NCBI RefSeq assembly: GCF_000284115.1 | Contig: NC_017080.1 | Span: 1,890,001 to 1,922,000 of the forward strand | Direction of reading: 5' to 3' | Source of the DNA: Phycisphaera mikurensis NBRC 102666 | GTDB lineage: Bacteria; Planctomycetota; Phycisphaerae; Phycisphaerales; Phycisphaeraceae | Length of the DNA: 32,000 nucleotides | Part shown: positions 17,142-26,076 of the stretch, in pieces | How positions within the stretch are numbered: position 1 is the stretch's first letter | Layout: each line of letters starts with the position of its first letter | Notes under the pieces: generated by a model | Databases searched by the model: none | What the model was told of the DNA's origin: nothing | What the model saw: the letters and a program-made list of their open reading frames with translations, nothing else | Made by a program: the position numbers and the translations under genes

Positions 17142-17313
17142 GCCGGGGCCACCGCCTCGACGCCGTGGCCGCGGGACCCGCGCGGAGAGGCTGACCCCCG
17201 GTCGCGTCCGGGCGGCTGTGGCGTGCCCCGACGCCTTCCGGGATCCGACGCCGCCGCCTTCGGCGTCACGCCGGGGCGGTGGCCCCGACCCACGGGTTTC
17301 CGCCGCCTCACCC

Positions 17314-18492
17314 ATGCACCACCTGCTCACCGCCCGCGCCCGCGGCATCGACGCCTCGGGCATCCGCCGCGTCTTCGATCTCGCGGCGAAGATGACCGAC
17401 CCGATCGACCTGTCGATCGGGCAGCCGGATTTCGAGGTGCCCGACGCCGTGCGGCACGCCGCCGTCGGCGCGATGGAGGCGGGGCAAAACCGGTACACGC
17501 CTACCCAGGGCACGGCCCCGCTGCGCGAGGCCCTGACGCGTGCGACGACCACCGAGTTCCCGAGCACGGGCGAGGGCGCGGCCCTGCGCGAGGACCTCGG
17601 CCTGCTCGTCACGTCCGGCGTCTCCGGCGGCCTCACGCTCGCCTTTCTCGCCTGCCTCGGGCCCGGCGACGAGGTGGTCTTTTCCGACCCGGCCTTCGTG
17701 ATGTACCGCCACCTGGCGACCCTCGCGGGAGCGGCCTCGGTCGCGTGCGACACGTACCCGGACTTCCGCCTCACCGCCGACCGCGTCGAGCCGCTGCTGA
17801 CCGAGCGGACGAAGATCGTGGTGGTCAACTCGCCCGGCAACCCCACCGGCGTCTGCAACACCGCCGCCGAGCTGGCCGATCTCGCGACGCTCTGCGCCCG
17901 CCGCGGCGTGCTGCTGATCACCGACGAGATCTACGACGCCTTCACGTACGCCGACGGCGACGGGCAGCCCGCCGCTCCGGGGGGCTTCGTCTCGCCGCTG
18001 TCGGATCCGGCGGTCGATCCCGCCGGCGTGCTGCTGCTCCGCGGCTTCAGCAAGACCTACGGGATGACCGGCTGGCGTCTCGGCCACGCGGTGGGGCCCA
18101 AGCCGGTCGTCGAGGCGATGACGAAGCTGCAGCAGTACACCTTCGTCTGCGCCCCCAGCCCCGCCCAGGCCGCCGGCGTCGCGGCGCTGCGGGCCGACGT
18201 CTCCGCGCACGTCGGCGCGTACGCCAGGAAGCGGGACCGCGTGGTCGAGCGGCTGTCCCCGCGCTTCCGGCTCGCCGCCCCCGGCGGCGCCTTCTACGCC
18301 TTCCCCGAGGTCCCCAAGCACCTCGGTCTCACCGGCACGCGTTTCGTCGAGGCCGCCATCGAGCGGAACGTGCTGGTGATCCCGGGGAGCGTCTTCTCTG
18401 CGCGGGACACGCACTTCCGGCTGTCCTACGCGTGCGGCGAGGCGACGCTGGAGCGGGGGTTGGATGTGTTGTGCGAGTTGGCGGAGGGGTAG
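17314..18492 (+). CDS. PLP-dependent class I/II aminotransferase (aspartate/aromatic aminotransferase-like)
   Basis: ATG 17314. SGIRRVFDLA, LSIGQPDF, NRYTPTQG, VVNSPGNPTG and GFSKTYGMTGWRLG (PLP lysine motif). Confidence 0.92.
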   Translation: MHHLLTARARGIDASGIRRVFDLAAKMTDPIDLSIGQPDFEVPDAVRHAAVGAMEAGQNRYTPTQGTAPLREALTRATTTEFPSTGEGAALREDLGLLVTSGVSGGLTLAFLACLGPGDEVVFSDPAFVMYRHLATLAGAASVACDTYPDFRLTADRVEPLLTERTKIVVVNSPGNPTGVCNTAAELADLATLCARRGVLLITDEIYDAFTYADGDGQPAAPGGFVSPLSDPAVDPAGVLLLRGFSKTYGMTGWRLGHAVGPKPVVEAMTKLQQYTFVCAPSPAQAAGVAALRADVSAHVGAYARKRDRVVERLSPRFRLAAPGGAFYAFPEVPKHLGLTGTRFVEAAIERNVLVIPGSVFSARDTHFRLSYACGEATLERGLDVLCELAEG

Positions 18493-18598
18493 GGGAGAAG
18501 AGGCGGAGAGACGGAGAGACGGAGAGGCGGAGAGGCGGAGAGGCGGAGAGGCGGAGAGATGGAGAGGCGGGGAGGCGGAGAGGCGGAGAGGCGGAGAC
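18493..18598 (+). repeat. Tandem array of about 13 octanucleotide units, consensus AGGCGGAG
   Basis: Read directly: GGGAGAAG AGGCGGAG AGACGGAG AGACGGAG AGGCGGAG x4 AGATGGAG AGGCGGGG AGGCGGAG x3. It starts immediately after the aminotransferase stop. It is non-coding, since an 8-nt unit cannot hold a reading frame. Confidence 0.95.
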
Positions 18599-18600
18599 AG

Positions 18601-18628
18601 GCAGCGCGTCGGCTTCGCCGACCGCTGC
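18601..18628 (+). terminator. 12-bp GC hairpin followed by a pyrimidine/U-rich tract (candidate terminator of the aminotransferase gene or a bioB leader element)
   Basis: GCAGCG-c-GTCGGC-TTC-GCCGAC-CGCTGC, followed by CGCTTGCTGTCTTCGTCTCTTCGTCTCT. A second, smaller module (CGCGAC-CTTC-GTCGCG, 18716-18731) is followed by TCTCTTCGTCTCT. Confidence 0.45.
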
Positions 18629-18780
18629 CGCTTGCTGTCTTCGTCTCTTCGTCTCTGCGCGCGGTGCCCGGTTCGGGAGCGCCCACCAGGAGCGGCAAGC
18701 TCGTCCCGGGCCGCTCGCGACCTTCGTCGCGTCTCTTCGTCTCTCGGTCGGCGGAGCCGACGCTCCGGTACCTTCTCTCC

Positions 18781-19920
18781 ATGCCCTGCCCGCCCGACCT
18801 CGCGCAACGCTCGCTCGCGGGCGAGACGTTCCGCCGCTCGCTGCTCGTCTCCCTCCTCGACGACCCCGCGATCGACACGCTCGAGCTGGTCCATCAGGCG
18901 TACCTCGTGCGGCGGCACCACTTCGGCCGCGAGGTGCAGGTCCACGTGCTCAACAACGCGCAGAACGGACGCTGCCCCGAAGACTGCTCGTACTGCACGC
19001 AAGCCAAGACCAGCGAAGCGGGCATCGAGCCCTACGCGATGAAGCCCGCGGGCGAGGTGCTCGCCGAGGCTCAGCGGGCGTACGAGGCGGGCGCCCACCG
19101 CTACTGCATGGTGTTCTCGGGCCGCGGGCCCTCGGCCAAGCGGACCGAGCAGCTCGCGGGGCTGATCCGCGAGGTGAAGGGACGATTCCCCACGCTGGAG
19201 GTCTGCGTCTCCGCGGGCCTGCTCGACGGCCCGAAGGCGGAGGTGCTCGCGGAGGCCGGCCTCGATCGACTCAATCACAACCTCAACACGAGCCCCGAGC
19301 GCTACGGGAAGATCTGCACGACGCACACCCACCAGGACCGCGTCGACACGCTGCGAGCCGCACGGGCCGCGGGCTTGTCGACCTGCTCGGGCTTCATCGC
19401 CGGCATGGGCGAGGACAGCGGCGAGCTGGCCGACCTGTGCCTCCGCTTCCGCGAGCTCGGCACCGACTCGATCCCCGTGAACTTTCTGTTGCCCTTCGAG
19501 GGCAACGTGCTCGAGGATCCGACGGGACTCGACCCGCTCCGCTGCCTGCGGATCCTCTCGGTCGTGCGGCTGACCAACCCCGCCGCCGACGTCCGCTGTG
19601 CCGCCGGCCGCGAGTTCCATCTGCGTTCGCTGGAGGCGTTGTGCCTCCAGCCCGCGAACTCGCTCTTCCTCGACGGCTACCTGAACGGCAAGGGTGCCCA
19701 GCGGAAGCGTGTCTACGCGATGATCCGCGATGCGGGCTTCAGCATCGTCAGCGACGCGAGCACCGTGCAGGAGCTCGCCGACCGCGACGTGCCGGCGGAC
19801 CGCGAGCCCGGCGGCCTCTCCACCCTCACGGTCCGCGGCGAGCGGGCCGTCTTGAAGCAGCCCGCCGAGCTGCGTCCGGCGAAGGCGAAGCCGGAGTCGG
19901 AGCGGACACTCGCCGTTTGA
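18781..19920 (+). CDS. bioB: Biotin synthase (radical SAM) with a ~50-aa C-terminal extension
   Basis: ATG 18781. NGRCPEDCSYCTQ (CxxxCxxC), LNHNLNTSPERY and SGFIAGMGE. The upstream part of track ORF 18559..19920 runs through the octamer array and is rejected. Confidence 0.93.
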   Translation: MPCPPDLAQRSLAGETFRRSLLVSLLDDPAIDTLELVHQAYLVRRHHFGREVQVHVLNNAQNGRCPEDCSYCTQAKTSEAGIEPYAMKPAGEVLAEAQRAYEAGAHRYCMVFSGRGPSAKRTEQLAGLIREVKGRFPTLEVCVSAGLLDGPKAEVLAEAGLDRLNHNLNTSPERYGKICTTHTHQDRVDTLRAARAAGLSTCSGFIAGMGEDSGELADLCLRFRELGTDSIPVNFLLPFEGNVLEDPTGLDPLRCLRILSVVRLTNPAADVRCAAGREFHLRSLEALCLQPANSLFLDGYLNGKGAQRKRVYAMIRDAGFSIVSDASTVQELADRDVPADREPGGLSTLTVRGERAVLKQPAELRPAKAKPESERTLAV

Positions 19921-19934
19921 AGCCGCCGCGGCAA

Positions 19935-19982
19935 CCCGCGGACCGCCAGCCCCGGGGCCGCCTCGGCCCCGCGGTCCGCGGG
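19935..19982. terminator. Long nested GC hairpin between convergent bioB and the glycosidase gene (bidirectional terminator candidate)
   Basis: Outer 12-bp stem CCCGCGGACCGC / GCGGTCCGCGGG encloses an inner 6-bp stem GGGGCC-GCCTC-GGCCCC. It starts 15 nt after the bioB stop. Confidence 0.5.
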
Positions 19983-20082
19983 AACGGGAGCGGCTCGATC
20001 GACGGCCTCATGTCGCTGGCAGGCGTGGAGGGCCCGGCAGCAGGCGACCGGTGGCGCCGAAGACCTCCCCCCAATCGTGGCC

Positions 20083-22125
20083 TCAGCGGGTCCGGGCACG
20101 CCGCCGCCGCCGGCCCAGCAGCAGGACACCGCCGAGCAGGAGGGCGGTGCCGGGCTCCGGCACGGAGACCACGCGGGTGACGGTGAGCGAGGTGGCGGCG
20201 ACGAAGCCGCTGTTGCCGGTGAAGTCCACGTCCAGCACGTTGAGCCCGTCGTTCACCAGCTCGATCGGGACGTCGATGAGGCGGCTCTGGAAGGTGTGGT
20301 CGCCGTCGTCGATGCCGAGCAAGCCGGGGGGCACGCGGAGCCGCTGGCCGTTGAAGACGACCTCGAAGCCTTCGTCCGGCCCGTTGGGCCGGTTGTCGCG
20401 GCTGCCGTAGCTGACCCGCAGCGTGGCCCGGTCGCCCGCTCCCAGCAGCTCCCCGCCGAGATCGGCCACGAGCTCCAGGTCGCCGGTGCGGCCGATGCTG
20501 CGCGTCAGCGGCGTGACGGTGCTGCGGCCATAGAACACCTCCGTGGTGGCGTCGCGGGCGTAGGCGACGTCGTCGGTCAGCGTCAGCGTCAGCACGGCGC
20601 CCTCCTCGCCGCTGAGCGTGAGGTTGCCGAGGCTGCCGGAGACGTCGGCGTCGTCGATGAAGACGTTCCGGCCGCCGGAGCGGTACACGCGGTCGATGGT
20701 CGCGGACGCGACGCCGCCGCCGGCGGCCAGCACGTCGAGGTCCACCGCCTGGTCGCCGTCGAGCAGGTTGTTGAGCAGCACGTACAGCCGGTTCCCGTCG
20801 CGGAAGGCGGCGGTCTGCAGGTCGCCGGTGCTGCCCACGAGGTCGACGTAGTCGCCGCGGACCGGGGCGAGGCTGCGGTACATCGAGCCGAGGATGGTCT
20901 CGCTGTAGTTGCCCGCGGCGTCCCGCTCCCACATCACGTTGTCTGCCGCGGCCCGGGTGGGGCGGCCGGGGCCGTCGTCGAAGTCGACCGGCGCGATGAA
21001 GGGCACGGCGTTGAGGATCGCGTCCGGGCGGTCGAGGAAGACGTGCAGCTTCTCGCGGACGTCGCGGGCGAGCTGCCACTGCAGCTCGTCCCGCGGGGTG
21101 TTGCCGAAGTCGCCGTCGGAGCCCGGGATCGCCTGGTTGAACGAGCCGTACTCGGTGAAGGCGAGCTGCCGGGTGCGTCCGTTGATCCGCTGGTCCTCGG
21201 CCTGGATGAGGTCGATCGTGCCGGCGACGCGGCCGGGGCTCTCGAACAGGGCCTGCACCTGCTCGCCGTTGGCCAGCGTGTCGTAGCGCTCGTAAGGGTG
21301 CAGCGAGAAGAAGTCGGTGTCGTCCCCGGCCCGCTCGAGGAAGGTGCGGACGCTCTGCTGGTTGCGGCCGAAGCCGCCGTCCTCGAAGTGCGTCAGCGCG
21401 AGGCCGGGCCCGCCGATGCTGGCCTGCGGGAAGCGTGCCTTGACCGCCCGTGCGATGTCGCGGTGGTAGTCCGCGAGGTCCTCGGGGGTGAAGCCGTCGC
21501 GGAAGTGCAGGTCGGGCTCGTTCACCAGCTCGATGTGGAAGCGGCTCGGATCCATCGGCAGGTAGGCGTTGGGGCCGTAGACCACCTCCTCGAGGTAGAT
21601 GCCGAGGAACTCGGCGTAGGCGTCGGCCCGCGGCAGCCCGGTGCCGGGCTGGAGCACGTAGGCCGGCCACTTGGTGCCGTAGCGGCCGGACTGCACCAGG
21701 AGCGGATCGGGCGCCGCCCGGATGCCCTCCCACCGCGTCCCGTTCTGCAGGCGGTCCCGGTAGCTGCCCCGCAGCTTCGCCCGCAGGCGGTCGGGGTCGA
21801 TGAAGCCGGGGCGGCTCGGGTCCTCGCGGATCGTCTCGGCGAGCGTCTGGTCGAAATCGGTCGAGCTGCGGCCGGTCACGGTGTTGAGCTCGCCCGGCGC
21901 GTACGTCATCGCCCGCAGGTCGCCGAGGTTGCTGTCCCCCGGCGCCGCGAAGGTCTCCGTGTGCCCGAAGAAGCGGGCGCGGTCGAGCGTGCCGACCCCG
22001 CCGATGGTGCGGCGGGCGGTGGCGTCCACAGTGACCGCCGTCGCGGCTTGGGCGAGGGCCGGAGGCGCGAGGAGGCAGGCGGAAAGGAGCGTGGCGACCG
22101 AAGGAGGAGATGGAAGGGCTTTCAT
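20083..22125 (-). CDS. Secreted clan GH-A-like (TIM-barrel) glycoside hydrolase with a C-terminal PEP-CTERM anchor; family not assignable by eye
   Basis: Signal peptide MKALPSPPSVATLLSACLLAPPALAQA. FHIELVNEPD is NEP acid/base-like and QLAFTEYGS is nucleophile-like about 118 aa later, a GH39-like spacing. C-terminus VSVPEPGTALLLGGVLLLGRRRRRARTR is PEP-CTERM. Confidence 0.75.
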   Translation of the reverse strand: MKALPSPPSVATLLSACLLAPPALAQAATAVTVDATARRTIGGVGTLDRARFFGHTETFAAPGDSNLGDLRAMTYAPGELNTVTGRSSTDFDQTLAETIREDPSRPGFIDPDRLRAKLRGSYRDRLQNGTRWEGIRAAPDPLLVQSGRYGTKWPAYVLQPGTGLPRADAYAEFLGIYLEEVVYGPNAYLPMDPSRFHIELVNEPDLHFRDGFTPEDLADYHRDIARAVKARFPQASIGGPGLALTHFEDGGFGRNQQSVRTFLERAGDDTDFFSLHPYERYDTLANGEQVQALFESPGRVAGTIDLIQAEDQRINGRTRQLAFTEYGSFNQAIPGSDGDFGNTPRDELQWQLARDVREKLHVFLDRPDAILNAVPFIAPVDFDDGPGRPTRAAADNVMWERDAAGNYSETILGSMYRSLAPVRGDYVDLVGSTGDLQTAAFRDGNRLYVLLNNLLDGDQAVDLDVLAAGGGVASATIDRVYRSGGRNVFIDDADVSGSLGNLTLSGEEGAVLTLTLTDDVAYARDATTEVFYGRSTVTPLTRSIGRTGDLELVADLGGELLGAGDRATLRVSYGSRDNRPNGPDEGFEVVFNGQRLRVPPGLLGIDDGDHTFQSRLIDVPIELVNDGLNVLDVDFTGNSGFVAATSLTVTRVVSVPEPGTALLLGGVLLLGRRRRRARTR

Positions 22126-22165
22126 GGCGTGCGGGTGGCGAGAGATGCGGGACCGCCGGAGCTTC

Positions 22166-22195
22166 GATGTCAGCTGTCGATGTCAAATGTCGACA
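22166..22195. promoter_or_regulatory. Array of four TGTC(A/G)(A/G) hexamers, with a GATGTCA direct repeat and a TGTCGA-N9-TCGACA inverted repeat, upstream of the glycosidase gene
   Basis: gaTGTCAGcTGTCGATGTCAAaTGTCGAca in a locally AT-richer patch, 43-70 nt upstream of ATG 22125. The minus strand reads a perfect TTGACA, but no convincing -10 follows. Confidence 0.35.
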
Positions 22196-22350
22196 ACCGA
22201 ATAGCTTAGCCGGCCCGTGCCGCGCCGCAACCGCCAGCCGCTCCGGCCCGGGAGCGCAGCCCACGACGGACGGAGCTCACCGCGTCCGGCGGCCGTCGCG
22301 GACGCAGCCCGCGGACGCCTCGCCGAGAGGAACCCGCCCGGTGGGCTCGC

Positions 22351-23883
<1,533 letters not shown>

Positions 23884-23908
23884 GGCACGAGCGGGGGATG
23901 GGGTGACA

Positions 23909-23939
23909 GCAGCGGTCCATGGAGGACACGGACCGCTGC
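23909..23939 (-). promoter_or_regulatory. 10-bp hairpin between infC and cysS (infC terminator or cysS leader structure)
   Basis: GCAGCGGTCC-11 nt-GGACCGCTGC, lying 26-56 nt upstream of the cysS ATG and 55 nt after the infC stop. Confidence 0.35.
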
Positions 23940-23993
23940 GGAGCCCAAATCGGATCCCACACGCCGCTTCCGCGGGAGGGATCGCGTTGGCGT

Positions 23994-24740
23994 CTACGTG
24001 GCGTCCTCGGCTTCGGCGGCGGCGGCGTCGGCGGGATCCTCCGCTTCGTTCTCGGCCCGGGCCATGGCCTGGGCGCGCAGGGCTTCCTGCTCGGCGCGGA
24101 CCTGATCGCGGGTGGGCTTGGGGGCGGCGCGGGTGGCCGACTCCTTCCCGCTCTTGTCCGGCGCGAGGAGCATCGTCATCCGGCGGCCCATCATCTTGGG
24201 GGCCTGCTCGATCTTGCCGACGTCTTCCAGGTCCTCGAAGACGCCCATCATCGTGTTGCGGGCGAGATCGCGGTGGGCCATCTGCCGGCCGCGGAAGAGC
24301 ATCACGAACTGCACCTTGTCGCCGTCATCGAGAAACTCCCGCGCCTTCCTCACCTTGAGGCCGAGGTCGTGGCTGTCGATGTTGGGGCGGAGCCGCATGC
24401 CCTTGAGCTCGCTCTTCTTCGCGTGGCTCTTGGCCTTCTGCTCCTTCTTCTGCTGGGCGTACTTCCACTTCCCGTAGTCCATGATCTTGCACACCGGCGG
24501 GTCGCCGTTGGGCGAGACCTCCACGAGGTCGAGGCCGGCCTCGCGGGCGCGGCGCTTGGCCTCGTCGGTTGCGATGACGCCCACCGCCTCGTCGCCTTCG
24601 CCGATCAGGCGGACGGGCGAGCTGCGGATCTGGTCGTTGACGCGGAGGCGCTTGCCTGTGTCGCGTTGGGGGGGTCGGAAGCCTCGGCGTGCGATGGGAG
24701 CGTTCTCCAGGGTGAGGAACCGCGGCTCGGCCGGGTTCAT
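23994..24740 (-). CDS. infC: Translation initiation factor IF-3 with an Ala/Glu-rich C-terminal extension
   Basis: RVNDQIRSSPVRLIGEGDEAVGVIATDEAKRRAREAGLDLVEVSPNGDPPVCKIMDYGKWKY plus the C-domain. The start is uncertain. ATG 24740 gives an N-terminus about 20 aa longer than usual. infC often uses a non-canonical start, so the true start may lie downstream. Confidence 0.9.
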   Translation of the reverse strand: MNPAEPRFLTLENAPIARRGFRPPQRDTGKRLRVNDQIRSSPVRLIGEGDEAVGVIATDEAKRRAREAGLDLVEVSPNGDPPVCKIMDYGKWKYAQQKKEQKAKSHAKKSELKGMRLRPNIDSHDLGLKVRKAREFLDDGDKVQFVMLFRGRQMAHRDLARNTMMGVFEDLEDVGKIEQAPKMMGRRMTMLLAPDKSGKESATRAAPKPTRDQVRAEQEALRAQAMARAENEAEDPADAAAAEAEDAT

Positions 24741-24951
24741 GGGGCAGGGACAGCAACGCAGCGGGCTCGAGCCCGGCAGCGTTGGCTACGCGCGGAGTCT
24801 AGCCCCGGGCCAAGGACCGATCAAACGGCGAAGCGAGGTCGGGCGACCCCGCCGGAGCCCCGACGCGCGGCCGAGCCGGCCCGTGCTCGGACCGGACCCG
24901 CCGGACGCCGAGCCCCGCGGCGGCGGGAGCCAAGCCTCGGTCCCGGGCTTC

Positions 24952-24990
24952 GCGTGATCCCGATCGGGCGGGGACCGATCGGGATCACGC
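24952..24990 (-). terminator. Perfect 16-bp stem, 7-nt loop hairpin downstream of the DUF1559 gene
   Basis: GCGTGATCCCGATCGG-GCGGGGA-CCGATCGGGATCACGC, all 16 pairs checked. It lies 64 nt after stop 25054 and about 210 nt upstream of the infC start. No U-tract. Confidence 0.55.
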
Positions 24991-25053
24991 CTCCGCAGCG
25001 CAGCAGAGCAGCCGACCCGTGCCGGGCCGGCTGCGGCCGGGATGCCTCGGGCG

Positions 25054-25866
25054 TCAGGGGCTCGACGTGCGGGGGAGCTGGCGGAAGTCCCACTGCGTCC
25101 CGCCGTACCCGCCACCGGGGGCGGCACCGTTGAGCGTGTCCTCGAACTTGGCGATCGAGACGTGCCCGTCGAGGTAGCTGTAGTTGCCCTTCCCGTCGTG
25201 CTGCTCGAGTCGCTCGGGAAACTGGTGGTGGGCGAAGGGCGGCACGTTGGAGTCGAGGAAGTTGCCGACGTGGTTCTGGGCGTCGCCGGCCGCGGTGCGG
25301 GTCCGGTTCTCCGCGAGGCCGATCGTGGTGGTCGCGGACTTCACCTCCGCCAGCCGCGTGGACCAGCCGTTGCCGGAGATGCCCACGGGGTAGGCGTTGG
25401 CGGGGTTGGGGTTGGGGGCGCCCAGCGTGATGCTGTAGCTGCGGATCTGGACCGGGGACGGCGGGGTGCCGAACGCGAAGGCCGGTTCCGAGTCGTCCGA
25501 CGGGCACTTGTAGAAAGAACTGTCCCGCTCCGAGACCCGCAGGAACTGCCGGTTTCGGAGCGTCTGCCCGAGGCTCCCGCGGCCGTCGTAGTCGGCGATG
25601 AGGTCGTCGTACGAGATCGCGAACGTGCCCCCGCCCGGCGCCGTGCCCGCCGGGAAGTGCCCCTCGTTGTCGTCGGTGTACATCATCGTCGCCAGGGTGA
25701 TCTGGCGGATGCCCGAGGCGCAGGCGATCTGGCGGGCGGTGGCGCGGGCGGCGCCCAGCGCGGGCAGCAGGATGCCGATCAAGAGGGCGATGATGGAGAT
25801 CACCACCAAGAGCTCGATGAGCGTGAAGCCGGAAGGAACGCGGGGCGGTGCGGAAGTTTTGGACAT
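25054..25866 (-). CDS. Prepilin-type N-terminal cleavage/methylation domain protein, DUF1559 family with an H-X9-DG motif
   Basis: Start set at ATG 25866 ([41 protein letters not shown]). C-terminal HDGKGNYSYLDGHV is an exact H-X9-DG. The remainder of track ORF 25054..27015 is antisense to the LacI gene. Confidence 0.9.
   Translation of the reverse strand: MSKTSAPPRVPSGFTLIELLVVISIIALLIGILLPALGAARATARQIACASGIRQITLATMMYTDDNEGHFPAGTAPGGGTFAISYDDLIADYDGRGSLGQTLRNRQFLRVSERDSSFYKCPSDDSEPAFAFGTPPSPVQIRSYSITLGAPNPNPANAYPVGISGNGWSTRLAEVKSATTTIGLAENRTRTAAGDAQNHVGNFLDSNVPPFAHHQFPERLEQHDGKGNYSYLDGHVSIAKFEDTLNGAAPGGGYGGTQWDFRQLPRTSSP
25741..25830 (-). repeat. Copy B of the 90-nt prepilin-leader segment
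   Basis: See copy A. It encodes [29 protein letters not shown] in both genes. Confidence 0.9.
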
Positions 25867-25956
25867 GGGTGCCTGGTGAAGAGGGCCGGAGAGGCCGGAG
25901 GAGGAAAATCTTGAACGACCCGGCAACGGCGGAAGAGCCGGAACCGGGCACATTCC

Positions 25957-25985
25957 ATGGTAGCAGGCGACGTGAAGATTGTCTA
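25957..25985 (-). promoter_or_regulatory. Sigma70-like promoter candidate for the DUF1559 gene
   Basis: The minus strand reads TAGACA-17 nt-TACCAT (-35 at 25985-25980, -10 at 25962-25957), about 90 nt upstream of ATG 25866, in the lowest-GC patch of the region. Confidence 0.35.
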
Positions 25986-25990
25986 CAATA

Positions 25991-26008
25991 TGCCGTCGAT
26001 CGTCGGCA
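25991..26008. promoter_or_regulatory. Operator-like 18-bp palindrome in the LacI/DUF1559 divergent spacer
   Basis: TGCCGTCGATCGTCGGCA, 16 of 18 positions symmetric, with TG...CA ends as in LacI-family operators. It sits immediately 3' of a plus-strand TACAAT (25984-25989) and 5' of the minus-strand -35. Confidence 0.4.
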
Positions 26009-26076
26009 AGATCGGTCGATCGGCCCACCCGCTCCGGTGGCACGCCGCGGCGGCCTTTAGAGTCGTGCGCGTGGCC

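Noticed and set aside
18493-18598. Considered whether the repeat array could be a CRISPR array or a coding Gly/Glu repeat
   Set aside because: The units are 8 nt, contiguous and without spacers, and no cas genes are present. An 8-nt period cannot maintain a reading frame.
17223-20180. 985-aa plus-strand ORF spanning the aminotransferase, the repeat array and bioB
   Set aside because: It is an alternative frame across two genes with strong motifs in other frames. It reads straight through the 8-nt array, and its composition is Arg/Pro/Gly junk.
22282-22305. Hairpin GCGTCCG-10 nt-CGGACGC downstream of cysS as a terminator
   Set aside because: It has a 7-bp stem with no U-tract and lies about 45 nt beyond the stop. 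It is plausible but not stronger than background, so I did not list it as a feature.
25848-26060. 70-aa plus-strand ORF in the divergent spacer, with an internal TTG preceded by the SD-like GGAGGAGGAAAA
   Set aside because: By my count GC3 is only about 58%, far below neighbouring genes, and there are no motifs. The region is better explained as promoter/operator DNA.
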